A stretch of 63,772 bases of DNA from Paraspadella gotoi (GCA_051294375.1 CM119268.1:23160056-23223827); one strand, 5' to 3'; numbered from the stretch's first letter, positions 14,012 to 25,981 are shown. Translations and numbers: made by a program. The notes: a model not told the origin generated them from the letters alone.

Positions 14012-14252
14012 TTATGATATGTTTAAGTTAATAAGAATAGCCTTCGTCCGCGCCGTCGAGTCGATTCCCTTCATCGTCGCGACGAGCCGCTCGGGGCCGC
14101 AGCGGGCGCAGGAGACCCGCGGCGGAGCGGCGGCGGAGCAGGAGCCGTCGACGTCGAAGTCGCAGTCGGTGATGAGGGATTCGTTGCCGTGGCAACGGAG
14201 GGAGGGGAGAACGGAGGAGGAGGAGGAAGAGGAGGAGGAGGAGGAAGAGGAG
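14012..14252 (-). CDS. Mosaic gene exon G: SRCR2 C-terminal half and tail (probable last coding exon)
   Basis: CAG acceptor at 14253-14255, phase 2. Poly-Ser then VLPSLRCHGNESLITDCDFDVDGSCSAAAPPRVSCARCGPERLVATMKGIDSTARTKAILINLNIS-stop. The 3' end is uncertain because composition turns AT-rich after ...TARTK. Confidence 0.8.
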
Positions 14253-14287
14253 CTGGGAGGGATGGGGGGATGAGTAAGATTTTGTTC

Positions 14288-14553
14288 GATCAATCAATGA
14301 ATCCAATGTATCGGCTAATCAATCAATCAATCAATCAATAGATCAATCAATTAGTCGACAAGCGGTCTAACAAACAATCTCTCACTTAATCGTATAAGTC
14401 AATCAAATCAATCAATCAAATCAATCAATCAACTCAAACAATCAAATTAATCAATCAATCAAATCAATCATATCAATCAAATCAATCAGATGAATCAATC
14501 AAAGCAATTAACCAATCAATCAATCAAATCAATCAATCAATCAATCAATCAAA
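14288..14553. repeat. (TCAA)n degenerate microsatellite filling the intron between SRCR exons F and G
   Basis: Direct reading. Confidence 0.9.
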
Positions 14554-14561
14554 TTCCTCAC

Positions 14562-14746
14562 CCTCTCTCCGATCGAAACACCGGCACTTCTCCCTTCCTC
14601 TCTTCGAATTTCTTCCCCAAGATTTGATTGCAAACGACTTTTCCTTCCTTCGGCCCCCAGGAGTCGCTGCTGCAGACGGGATGAGATCCGAGGAAGACTA
14701 GGCCTTCGCCGACGGGCGCGTCGTCGTTGTCGTCGTCGTCGCCGTT
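14562..14746 (-). CDS. Mosaic gene exon F: divergent SRCR domain 2, N-terminal half
   Basis: 185 nt, phase 0 to 2, CAG acceptor, GTGAGG donor. Translates NGDDDDNDDAPVGEGLVFLGSHPVCSSDSWGPKEGKVVCNQILGKKFEERKGEVPVFRSERG. Confidence 0.87.
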
Positions 14747-15024
14747 CTGGACATGATAATCACAAAAACTCCAACCATTATATAAATATGTATTTTAGAA
14801 ATGGTTAAAATACAGTTTGTTGCCCAAATGTATAAAAGATTATGCGCTATTTTCCGAAAAGCGCTAAAATTCTCTTCTATAATTCCTTGAATTACCAAAT
14901 TCCTAACCCTAATCTTTTATCCTAATCACTAGCCTTAATTCTTAGCCTTAATCATAAATTAAATATTAGATAGTATATAAATAATATCAGATTATATATC
15001 ATAAATTTTGAAAAATTTTCTTAC

Positions 15025-15082
15025 TTCGGGAACGAGTTTGAGTCTGCTGGCGTCGAGACACGTTACTCCAGCTCCCTCGGAT
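15025..15082 (-). CDS. Mosaic gene exon E: end of SRCR1 and start of SRCR2
   Basis: 58 nt, phase 2 to 0, GTAAGA donor. Translates SEGAGVTCLDASRLKLVPE, containing the ExAGVxC motif that closes SRCR domains. Confidence 0.88.
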
Positions 15083-15619
15083 CTTTTGTTTTGTTATTCG
15101 CAAAAAGCAACGATTAGGTAGCGCAAAGAAATTCCGAAAGATGTTCGCATTATGGTGATTGAAAAAAAAGAAAACAAAAGAAACTAATTGAGAAAGTGGA
15201 GAGTATAAACAAGTTATATGATGTTGATACTTAAAACGCATCAAATAAAAGACTTAACGAATTAATATTAAACCTACTATAATTTAGCATTTGAACCTCC
15301 AAAGTAATTCAACAATGACGTCTTTAAGAATGTCCATTATCTCTTTCCCAATTATTTGCTAACTTTTCAAACTTTTAAGGAATTGAGAATTAATCATTTT
15401 GTTTAATATTTAAACATCAAAAAACCCTTTCCCAGTAGAACAAACTACACAGTGCCTTACATTAGGAAATTACACTATTTTTTATTGTATTTTTTATGCC
15501 ATTTTACGTTTATGCAATAAATATCTTTTCGATTTTAATCGATATTTAATTAAAATTCCGCTGCTTCAGGAGCCGCGGCAAGGGGACTTCGATGGAAAAG
15601 AGAGTAAAGAGTAACTTAC

Positions 15620-15700
15620 CCAGAACAGTCATTACTGGTGACGTAATGTTCACAGTCCTTGAGATGTTTTTCTGTTCCCCGACATTTTACTTGATCCATC
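15620..15700 (-). CDS. Mosaic gene exon D: SRCR domain 1, middle
   Basis: TTTTTAG acceptor, GTAAGT donor. 81 nt, phase 2 to 2. Translates MDQVKCRGTEKHLKDCEHYVTSNDCSG, with the SRCR VxCxGxExxLxxC motif. Confidence 0.92.
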
Positions 15701-16289
15701 CTAAAAATAAAAAAAGGAAAAAAAAAAAAAAAGAAAAAAGAAAAAAGAAGAAAAAAAGAAAAACCAAGTGTTGGTCTTTGGAATAATTTCAAAATAAGTA
15801 ATTTGGAGAATGTATAAAAATAATAAAAAATGAGTTTTTAATAATATAAAACTGGTAGGTGCCTCGGCCCAAAACGAAAACAAACAAAAGATATGCAACG
15901 TGACATCCAAATAAGTAATAATTAAAACTTGAATTGAACACTCAACGCCATTATTTTCTTTTCATTTAACATAAAAAAGGTAAATAAAATACATTCCAGT
16001 ATTTTTCTTGTGCAGCTTTTGGTTCCTACACCCCGCCTTTATGTCATAATCAATGATATAATCAAATGATGATCATAATCATAATCCTCTTAAGATTATT
16101 TATTAATTAATTAATTAATTAATTAATTAATTAATAAATTAATTAACCTGCGAGCATAAAGAAAATTAGAGGAATTAATTAACTAATAAATAAATGTATA
16201 AAAATGTATGAAAGAATGTTTGAATTAATAATTGAATAACTAAATGAATAATTGAATTTAATAAAAAAAAAGACAATGCATGACCCAAC

Positions 16290-16461
16290 CTGAAATTCTT
16301 CCCCACATCCCCGAATCGACTTCCGGTGTGCGGGACTGCCTTCGTCGTATCGGCGCCGAATCCCAACGCCGTGCAGACCACGGCGGCGTCATCGGCGTCC
16401 CAGGCGTCATCGCAGACCGGGCGTCCACCGACAAGAACGTTGCCGGAGATGTTCGTGCCAC
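16290..16461 (-). CDS. Mosaic gene exon C: SRCR domain 1, N-terminal half
   Basis: 172 nt, phase 1 to 2. Translates GTNISGNVLVGGRPVCDDAWDADDAAVVCTALGFGADTTKAVPHTGSRFGDVGKNFR, with the SRCR VCDDxWxxxxAxVVCxxLG motif. Confidence 0.93.
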
Positions 16462-16655
16462 CTGACGGTGGAGAAAAAAAGAATGGGAAAAAGGAATAGT
16501 AAGGTGGTCCAGAATAGTAAGGCGGGCCGGAATTTGTAAGGTGGGCCAGAATTTTTTACAATATCAAATCTTCTGCAATAAACTTCCTTCTCTTGACTTT
16601 CTTTCTTTCTTGACTACATCGACGACAATTATCATTTTATAAGTTAGTTTTTACA

Positions 16656-16700
16656 CCAGTCTCTTCGGAGGCGTGGGTTCGAATCTCACAGCTGCCACCA
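16656..16700 (+). pseudogene. tRNA-Leu 3'-half fragment ending in CCA
   Basis: CCAGTCTCTTCGGAGGCGTGGGTTCGAATCTCACAGCTGCCA-CCA matches the variable arm, T-arm and acceptor strand of metazoan tRNA-Leu(AAG/TAG). No 5' half upstream. Confidence 0.8.
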
Positions 16701-16983
16701 TAACGAAGAAAGTAGGCGTGGTTTATTTAGGAGAAATTAGCTCATTTAGTAAAGCCATCAGTGAATGACTCTTAGGTACCGGGAACGATCCCCAATGGAA
16801 CCTCTTCATCGGGAGGACGGCCTAAAACCGATCAGGGGGCGTAGAAGTCTGGTTCCAGGGCAAGGTCCGATTCCCCTGTCTGCCAAGGAGAAACGGAAGA
16901 TTCTGTGCTCCCTTGTCAGCATTGAAACCGGACCGGACCGGACCAGACTGGATGGCCCACACGCGTCTCTCTCTCTATCTCAC

Positions 16984-17258
16984 CCTGCAATGAGATCGTA
17001 TAGTATTCCTTCAGCCGGCATCCTTCTTCGTCCTTCCAGTTTCCACAGTCATTATTACTGTTGCACTTTTGTTCGATTTTAACGCAGCGCAATCTGTCGT
17101 CGCCGCAGGATACTTGTCCCCTGCAGTCGTTGCAGGAAGCGACTGGGAGATCAGAGCCGCATTCGGATTTTCCGCAGCGGCAGGGAATGGAAGCCCGTTT
17201 GGAACCCAGTAGGGTTAGGACATCCGAAATGCCGGGCAGAGTGGAGCCTTTATTTTTG
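16984..17258 (-). CDS. Mosaic gene exon B: Cys-rich linker plus LDL-receptor class A domain
   Basis: CAG acceptor, GTGAGA donor. 275 nt, phase 2 to 1. Translates SKNKGSTLPGISDVLTLLGSKRASIPCRCGKSECGSDLPVASCNDCRGQVSCGDDRLRCVKIEQKCNSNNDCGNWKDEEGCRLKEYYTISLQG. The ending C-x6-C-x5-C-x4-DE-x2-C is LDLa-like. Not called in the ORF track. Confidence 0.88.
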
Positions 17259-17538
17259 CTGTCCGCAGGTTGGGAGTGTTTAAAAAAAAAGGGTTGAATT
17301 AAAATCTTTGGGTGTATTGGGTTTATATTAATGCTAATATTAAAATAGCTTGTTTGAAATAGTAATACTAATAAAATAGTTTCACTTCAGACAAAAAAAA
17401 AGGACAAAAGCAGAACCAAATTAGAAATCCAAAACAGAAACAAAAAACAAACAAATCGTAGACAAAACAGAATACAAGAGAGAAACAAAATTTAGGAAAA
17501 AAAATAGACAAAACAGAAACGAAACGAGGAAACAGAAC

Positions 17539-17689
17539 CTCTCCTTTTGGCGTTTCAAGAGTTTGTCGCAGAAGACGTCGTCCACCCACTTCCGACCGCA
17601 CGACTTCTTCATCTCGACGATTTCCTCCGGGATGCAGCCTTCGTAGCAGCACTCCTCGTACACGGAACGGGCCGTCAACTTGCAAGATG
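17539..17689 (-). CDS. Mosaic gene exon A: insulin-A-chain/Gla-like Cys-rich module (5'-most exon found)
   Basis: CAG acceptor at 17690-17692, GT donor. 151 nt, phase 1 to 2. Translates ASCKLTARSVYEECCYEGCIPEEIVEMKKSCGRKWVDDVFCDKLLKRQKE. Its phase matches the next exon. Confidence 0.8.
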
Positions 17690-17876
17690 CTGGTCGGAGC
17701 GGGGAGAATCCAAATCTCCGTAAAAGAAGAGAGATATATATCCATTGGCATGAAATATTCATGAAATTCAGAGATTAAGAATTACGTACTTTGTTGTATG
17801 GTGTCAGGTGTTGATTGAGAGAAAGAGCGAGACAGAGATAAGGAGAGACACAGGGAGAGAGAGAGAGAGAGAGAGA

Positions 17877-17911
<35 letters not shown>

Positions 17912-17999
17912 GAGAGAGAAGAGAGAGAGAGAAAGAAGGGAAGAGAGGGGGGAAAAGGAGAGAGAGACGCGTAAATAGATAGAGAGAGACCGAGAAGAA

Positions 18000-18052
<53 letters not shown>

Positions 18053-18594
18053 TTGAGAAGCGAGGCNNNNNNNNNNNNNNNNNNNNNNNNNNNNNNNNNN
18101 NNNNNNNNNNNNNNNNNNNNNNNNNNNNNNNNNNNNNNNNNNNNNNNNNNNNNNNNNNNNNNNNNNNNNNNNNNNNNNNNNNNNNNNNNNNNNNNNNNNN
18201 NNNNNNNNNNNNNNNNNNNNNNNNNNNNNNNNNNNNNNNNNNNNNNNNNNNNNNNNNNNNNNNNNNNNNNNNNNNNNNNNNNNNNNNNNNNNNNNNNNNN
18301 NNNNNNNNNNNNNNNNNNNNNNNNNNNNNNNNNNNNNNNNNNNNNNNNNNNNNNNNNNNNNNNNNNNNNNNNNNNNNNNNNNNNNNNNNNNNNNNNNNNN
18401 NNNNNNNNNNNNNNNNNNNNNNNNNNNNNNNNNNNNNNNNNNNNNNNNNNNNNNNNNNNNNNNNNNGGAGTGAGGGAGGAGAAAGAGGGGAGTGAGGGAG
18501 GAGAGAGGGAGAGAGGGGGAGGAGGGCGAGACGAGAGAGGGAGGAGGGAGGGAGGGAAGAATTTACATTACGTCACCAAACATCAACTCGTGAA

Positions 18595-18657
<63 letters not shown>

Positions 18658-18658
18658 G

Positions 18659-18695
<37 letters not shown>

Positions 18696-18856
18696 GTCTC
18701 AGCCCATCTCATTCCCGACGCAGGACGCGGAGCGAAGGAAACTCGAAGCGGAGCTGCGTAGCTAAGCGTAGCGTCGCAGAGCGTGGAGGCCGGAGAAGAC
18801 GGCGTTGCCAGCTGGGACTGCGTAGCAAGGGGAAGGCAGGGTGAGGGAATGTTGGT

Positions 18857-18941
<85 letters not shown>

Positions 18942-20237
18942 CGACCAACAAAACTGACCTTTTCTTTTTTTTCGTTCTTCGTCGAGTAGAATTTTTCTCG
19001 AAAGAAAGGTCACTAGAAAAAAAAGTAAACATTTATATTCATTTTGAATATATACTTTTTGTCTTCTTATATCCTTATTTTGACACCTATACTTCGTGCA
19101 ATTATCGCTTCTGTCATCTCTACTATTATCTGCTTCGTCATTCAATCAGCCTCCTAATGTCATTAATTTCCCCTTTTTGTCATCTTTTGACTTTTATTGT
19201 CGTCTCAATTTGTCATATTTTTCAGTTTTTCGAAATCTTACCTCCTTTGTCATCTCATCACCAGTCATTGAATCAACCTCCTATGTCATCAAATTTCCCC
19301 TTTTGTCATCCCTTTCTCACTTGTCATTGACTTTTCCTTCTACGTGGGCTCCTTTGTTGGTTAGTCGCAAAAACGAATAGTTGATGAAAATCGAAAAAAC
19401 GAAAATAAAAAATAAAAAATACAAGAAAAATTCGAAATAAAACTTCATTTTAATTAAAGAGTAAATTTAAGAAAACTTCTTTCGTCATAAATGATCACAA
19501 TTTCACGTGAAATTCTTCCCGAATAATTTTTTATTTGGGTGGGTGAGGGGACGTGATGTGTGTTTATGTTTCAGTCGCCTCATTACGATTTTGTGACCAA
19601 CAAAATTATTTTCAAAACATTCGCCAGTTTTTAAGTCGCGCGATTTTGTTTTTCATTACTTTGAGTATTTTTTGAATCTTTTGTTTATCAGCTATGGCGA
19701 CTTTTCCACGCCCATCTTCACTTCCGGTCGGTTTAGTCTTTACGATTCGTTTTAAAAGCAAAACTTCTTTCCTGACCCGAACTTACCTTTCCTTTACGCA
19801 ACCTCATCTCAACTTCACCCGAACTGACCTTCTCACCAGCACTCACCTCCTCTTCCTCCTCCTCTTCTTTCTCCTTTTCCTCTTACTTTTCTTCTTCTTC
19901 CTCTTTATCCTTTCTCTCTCTCTTTCTCTCCATGTCTCCCTTTCTCCTTTATTCCTTATTTCTTCCCTCTCACTTCTAACCCCATACCTCTCACTTCTAA
20001 CTTCTCAGCTTTCTCTTCTCCCTCATCACTTCCCACTCCATACCTCTCACTTCTCACCACAAAATCCTCTCTTCTCACTTACCACTATTTTTTTTCATTT
20101 CTTATCTCTCACTTCTTTCTCACTGCTCATCTCTCATTTTTAACCTCTAAACTTCTCACACATCACTCCTCATCACACATTCATCATTTTCTTCTCACTC
20201 CTCTGCCACTTTAGTTTCTCACTCAGCGCCTTTTAGT

Positions 20238-20466
20238 GTCGAAGCCTCCAGAGGGCGACCCTCTTAATCCACAACCCCACCACACTGCAGCTCCGGCACC
20301 CACACCCTGTCCTCAGACTTCCCCACCCACGACTCCAGCACCCAATCTCCCTTTCTTTCCTCACGAACCCGAACCAAGAGCGGAGGAGGAAAATAGTTCC
20401 ACCGATGCTCATATGTCTTCCGCGCCCGAAATCCCAAAGGCGCGGATCCATCGGTGCTGCCACCAA
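20238..20466 (+). CDS. Candidate Pro/Thr-rich exon, product unknown
   Basis: Open non-microsatellite frame (SKPPEGDPLNPQPHHTAAPAPTPCPQTSPP...) after a long pyrimidine tract and TTTTAG. No recognisable domain. Confidence 0.3.
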
Positions 20467-20501
20467 GCGAGGGGAAAGAGAAAAGAGAGAGATGAGAGAA
20501 G

Positions 20502-20556
<55 letters not shown>

Positions 20557-21826
20557 GAAAGAAAAAGAAGGAAGAAAAAAGGCACTGTATCCCGATTGCG
20601 CCGAATTTCTGTTCCTTTATCCAAAACATAAATTTTTATCTTAAATATATTTAATATTTAATCTGTTATAAACCTTAATCTAATCATTAACCTTGAGCCG
20701 TATCTCCTAATGCTTAACTCTATTTCCCTATCCCTAATCTGTAACCCTAATCTGTAACCCTAATCCTTAACCTACCTTTTAACCTTAATTAATAATCTAA
20801 TCTTCTAACCCTAAAGTTATTTTATTTATTAATTTAAGCTGAAATGAAGTAATTTTGGAAAATATGCCCAACAGAAAAAAAAATAAAAAAAGGTGAAATT
20901 GCGGGGAACTCACTTTTTATCCTCCCACTTCTTTGCACCTCCTTTGTTTCTTTGAAGGAGGAGGAGGAAGAGGAGAAAGGGAGGGAGAGAGGGAGGAGGA
21001 GAAGAAGAGGAGGAGAGAGGGAGGGGTGAAAAAGAGGAGGAGGAAGGGAGGAGTAGAGGAAGAGGAGGAGAGAGAGAGAGGAAAAGGAGGGAGAGAAGAG
21101 AGTCGAGATGAAGTGGAGAGAAGGAATACAGAGGAAGAGAAAGAGGAGGAGAATCAGAGAGAGAGGAGAGAAAAGAAAAGAGGAAGAGGAAGAATAGAAG
21201 CAGAAAATAATGAAGAAAGAGAGAGAGAGGAAGAAAAAGAAATAAGAAAAGAAAAGAAAAGAAAGAAGAAAAGAAAAGAAAAGATAAGAAGAAAAAAGAA
21301 AGAAAAAGAAAGAAGAAAAGAAAAGAAAAGAAAAGAAAGAAGAGGAGAGAAGATTGAGTTATTACTTTCAGACTTTTATTGCTTTCAATGTCGAGTTCAT
21401 GAAATGTAGACGGGATGATCTCATAAAGTTGAAATGAAAGTAGAAAGATAGAGAGAAAAAGAGAAAGAAAAAGAAGGAAAGAAAAAGAGATGGAAAAATA
21501 GGAAGAAAGAAAGCCAAAAGGAACGAAGAAAGAAAGTATGAAAGAAAGATTTGAAAGATAGAATGAATAAAGAAAGAGAGAAAAAAAAGTCAGATAGAAA
21601 GAATGCAAAGATGAATGAAACATAAAGAAAATGATTGAAAGAAAGAGAGAAAGAAGAAAAGATGGAAAGAAATAAAGAGAGAAAGAAGAAAAGATAGAAA
21701 GAAATAAAGAGAGAAAGAAGAAAAGANNNNNNNNNNNNNNNNNNNNNNNNNNNNNNNNNNNNNNNNNNNNNNNNNNNNNNNNNNNNNNNNNNNNNNNNNN
21801 NNNNNNNNNNNNNNNNNNNNNNNNNN

Positions 21827-21863
<37 letters not shown>

Positions 21864-22311
21864 GTGGTTTGGTTTTAAACTTTTTTTTCAGCTTAAGGTT
21901 CAGTTCAAGTCTTCATTGCCTTCATTATTTTCATTGCCTCACATCAATTTTTCGTTCCCTTCAAAATTCTCTCTTCTTTCTCGACTTCATAAAACATAAT
22001 GTAGTAGTATATATCATGGTTAAGCGTTTTTTTAGTCATGGAGGCTAAAATTTTGTTTGGGATATAAAGTTAATATGGTACGGTGAGGAAAGGATTATCA
22101 ACGTAAATAGTAATATGCTTTTTTCGCCTTGAAAGAGTTGAAAAGATATTGAAAATTAATTAATTGATCCAAAGTCGTAGAAAAATATTAATAAACAGAA
22201 CATAGCTTAATTAATTAAATTAAATTAAATTAGTAAAGTCTTTAGCCCGCGCCATGATTAACTAACTAAGCGACGAAGAGTCAACAATTGGTTAATCGGG
22301 CTGAAGCAATC

Positions 22312-22561
22312 TGGGGGACTTAATAATCTCAGTGGGGATTCGATAATCCCCGGTCTTAATCTCAGTGGGGACTTGATAATCTCCGGTCTTAATCTCAGTC
22401 GGGACTGGATAATCCCCGGTCTTAATCTCAGTGGGGACTGGATAATCCCCGGTCTTAATCTCAGTCGGGACTGGATAATCCCCGGTCTTAAATCTCAGTC
22501 CGGGACTATAATAAATGCTCGGGTCTTAATCTCAGTGGGGACTTGATAATCTCCGGTCTTA
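22312..22561. repeat. 33-bp minisatellite, about 7.5 copies
   Basis: Unit TAATCTCAGT(G/C)GGGACTGGATAATCCCCGGTCT starts at 22324, 22357, 22390 and onward. Confidence 0.95.
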
Positions 22562-25500
22562 AAGTCGATGTTTTAAAATCCATTAAGTTTTTTCATTTTT
22601 TTCTTTTCTTTAGAAATAAAGAAAAAAATTTGAGACAAAAGAAAAAAGTTAAAGAAGATTTATTGGTCGTGATTATGAAGAGAATCTGGTAGTGATTGTT
22701 TTATGATATGAGATGAGTTAAGATAGTTTTTACTATATAGTTTAAGATATGAGAAATGAGAAATGAGAAGTTAGAAAAGATTAAGTGAGAAATGAAAAAC
22801 GAGAAAAAGGAAAAAGGATGAAGATAATGAATCATGAAAAAAGAAAATGAATCACGAGGAGAAAATAAATGAAAAACGACGAAAAAAAAAGTAAAAACGA
22901 AAAAAAGGAAAAAAATATTGCTAATAGAGAGAAATCTCGCCTTAAAAAAAAATTGTCAACATTTCTATAGAGATTTCCTTTAAAATACTGACTACCCAAA
23001 TTGCAAACGAATTGCCAAGAAATCGGGTAAAAAACAGTTGTAAAAAACACACGATTCCGATAGCGTTATATCTTAGAAGCTAGCAAATTCGTCTTATGCA
23101 TTTGATAAAGGATTTAATTATCAAACAAGCCAGGGGAAATGCACAGTCATCTCCGAGAGAATTTTCAAACCTTTGTTTTTACTATAGAAATGAAAGGAAA
23201 TTTTTGCTTTTCAAAAATTGTAAACGGGGTAAGGGGTATGTTAACATTATAAATATTATCTTCGAATTTTGAGATTTAAAAAGCCCTCTTTCTTCAAGAG
23301 CTTGCCAAATTATATATTCTTTCATTATGACAACTCTTCATAGTAAACCAACATTGTAAAGGTCATTGGTTCTGGTTTGACAACATGAAATTTTTATTTA
23401 ATAAGAAATTAAAAGGGAAGGTTTGAGAGAAAAAACTGATTTTTCCTGATATCTCTTGAAGGAACAAAGATACAGGGATGGCAATAGTACCAAATGAAGC
23501 CATAATCATATGCAACATACAAGTTGACAATATTAGAATTATTTTTGGCTGGAAACCTCATTTGTACAGGGTGAGTTGTCAAACTAATGTCAAAATTATA
23601 ATGAATTTTAAAACTAATGAAACCCCCATAAAAATAAATGAAAAATTTAAATTCTTTTAGTGATTCTGAAAAAAAAGGCTAAATTGTACTATAGTAAAAC
23701 TTTAAAGTTTTTGGATAAAGAAAATAATTTTTTTCACTTAAATATTTGCTTCACTGATATTACAGCATGCTTACCAAAAATTCTACAAAATATTATTCAC
23801 CCCATCACAGCCTAACTTATTTTATCTTTCTTTTCACCAGCAAAAAGTAAACATTATTTTATGTTAGAGAACAGGCGATGTTTACTGAAATGAGCCTGAA
23901 GACGTTTCAACTACTTCAACTTTAATGTCATTTTTCAATAATTAAAATAGGCGAATCTTTTAATTATTTAACTCTTCACAGGCTTCAACAAGACATTTTA
24001 CTTTCATTAATATCCCAATGTAATGTTATTCATTATATTTTTTTACGCAGAAATTCATAAAATAACAGAAAGTTATGGATTCCCTTCGCTCGTCTTTAGA
24101 AAAAAAAAAAATTAACTTTGCCGGGAATTATAAGGTTGTAAGAGGAACGTCAGGGAAATCGGCGAAAAATTCTTAAAAGGCATGAGTAATGTTTGAAAAA
24201 AAGGGGTGGAATTTTGAATGGGTTCTTAAGATTTTCTCCACAATGTGAGGTCGATTTAAAGAGAAACTTGCAGATTTACAATATTCCCGTCAATTCCACA
24301 TCTATCGATTATAAAAATAAGAAAAAAGTCACTGGCTTCTTTTCATATAGCGGCTTTCCTATGCAATGAAATTTGGAATAAATAATAAAAACCGTTAAAT
24401 TAACCTTAAAATTTATCCCCAGTTGGCGATTTTATCACTTTTTTTTTTGGGACGTGATAAATCATTGAACGAAAAAAAAGATCATTTATGTCACAAACTG
24501 ACATCAATAAGTTTCTCCTCTTTTTTTTCTATAACTTTTTTTTTAAACATTGCATGTGTGCGTGTGCATGTATTGTAAAATTAAATCTAATTAGAAAACG
24601 AATAAAACTAATGGAAGAAAAACAGCAGAAAAATGAATCTTGAAAACAAAAATTAATAGAAAACCGAAAAAACCAAATAAAACCAAAAATAATAGAAAAC
24701 CTAAATAAAACCAAAAATAATGCATCTCCTGTTTTCGTACTTCTCATCCTTCCGACAGGGACAACTAAGACGACGACGACGACAACATCAATTGGATGCG
24801 CACGAGTGACAAGTTTAATCTCTTCTCTTCTTTGACGCTTCTCTTCTCTTTTTCTTCTCTTTCGTCCTCTCTCTGTCTCTCTTTCGTCCTCTCTTTCAAC
24901 CTATCTCTTCCTCTTTTTCTTCCTATCTTTCGCCCTCTCTCTTCCCTCTCTCTCTTCTTCTCTTTGTCCTCTCTTTTTTGTAAAATATATTTATTTCTTT
25001 TTTTTTCAAATTCTTTTTCTTTATGTACATAAATCATTTGTCCCTTTTTCCCTCCCTTCCTCTCCCTCTCTCTCCGTCCCTCTCCCACTCTCTCTCCCTC
25101 TTCCTCTCTGTCTCTCTCTCAATCGCGGTCGTCAGCCTCGTTTCCGCTTGACAAACGAAGCGAAGAAAATATGACGCGAGAGAAAAAGAGTTTAATGCAA
25201 AAAAAAAAGTTAAAAAAACAAATAATAAAAAGAAACATTGAATCCGATGCTGCGTCAGTTTTTAGTTGGTCGGTCGGTCTGTTTCACTTACATTTCAAAT
25301 GCTTATAACTTGCTTTTTTGGTTGCTCTTTTGTTATTTTTGGTGAGAACCTCGCATCTAAGCAACGCTAAGCACAACCTTATGTTTTTTAAAGAAATCGT
25401 ATAAAGAATTAAAGACGGAATCCCGATACAGCGCGGGTTGTTACATGATTACGTGGAAATAAATATGATGAGACAGTCACTGCGGCGCAATATATGCGAA

Positions 25501-25950
25501 TTGCCATTCTTTTATATTTTTTAAGTTACGAGGGTTGAAGCTAGAAACTATAACAATTAATCTAATGCTACTTTTGATTCCTAGCATTATTTTTATTAAA
25601 TGAGAAAGTAATACAAATATTATTAATAAAGAGAAAATTCCTATAAAGATGTAGATTTAAATACACGAGATGCATTAAGTTGAAACTCTCTCGACTCTTC
25701 GACTACAGGGAGATTCGTGTAAAATCGATTTTAGGAACACACGTCTCCACGAATCTTCCGCGGTATAAAAAACGGGTTTGACTGTTGGAGTTTATAACTT
25801 ATAAATTAAGAACTAATTCTAGCCTCTTCCTCCTTTTTAAAACTAAAAAAAGAATCTTTACGACAAAAACTACAGAAACGACTTAGTTGATAACTGATTA
25901 TTAGCGTCATGATTAGAGCGAATTAAGGCACAATCATCTCAGTTGGAAAG

Positions 25951-25981
<31 letters not shown>

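Noticed and set aside
18697-18840. Exon-like island as the missing 5' exon of the SRCR gene
   Set aside because: Its splice signals (CACAG and GTGAGG) are on the plus strand, and no signal peptide or domain is recognisable.
22312-22561. CRISPR-like appearance (33-bp partly palindromic repeats)
   Set aside because: Units are head-to-tail with no unique spacers, there are no cas genes, and the context is eukaryotic.
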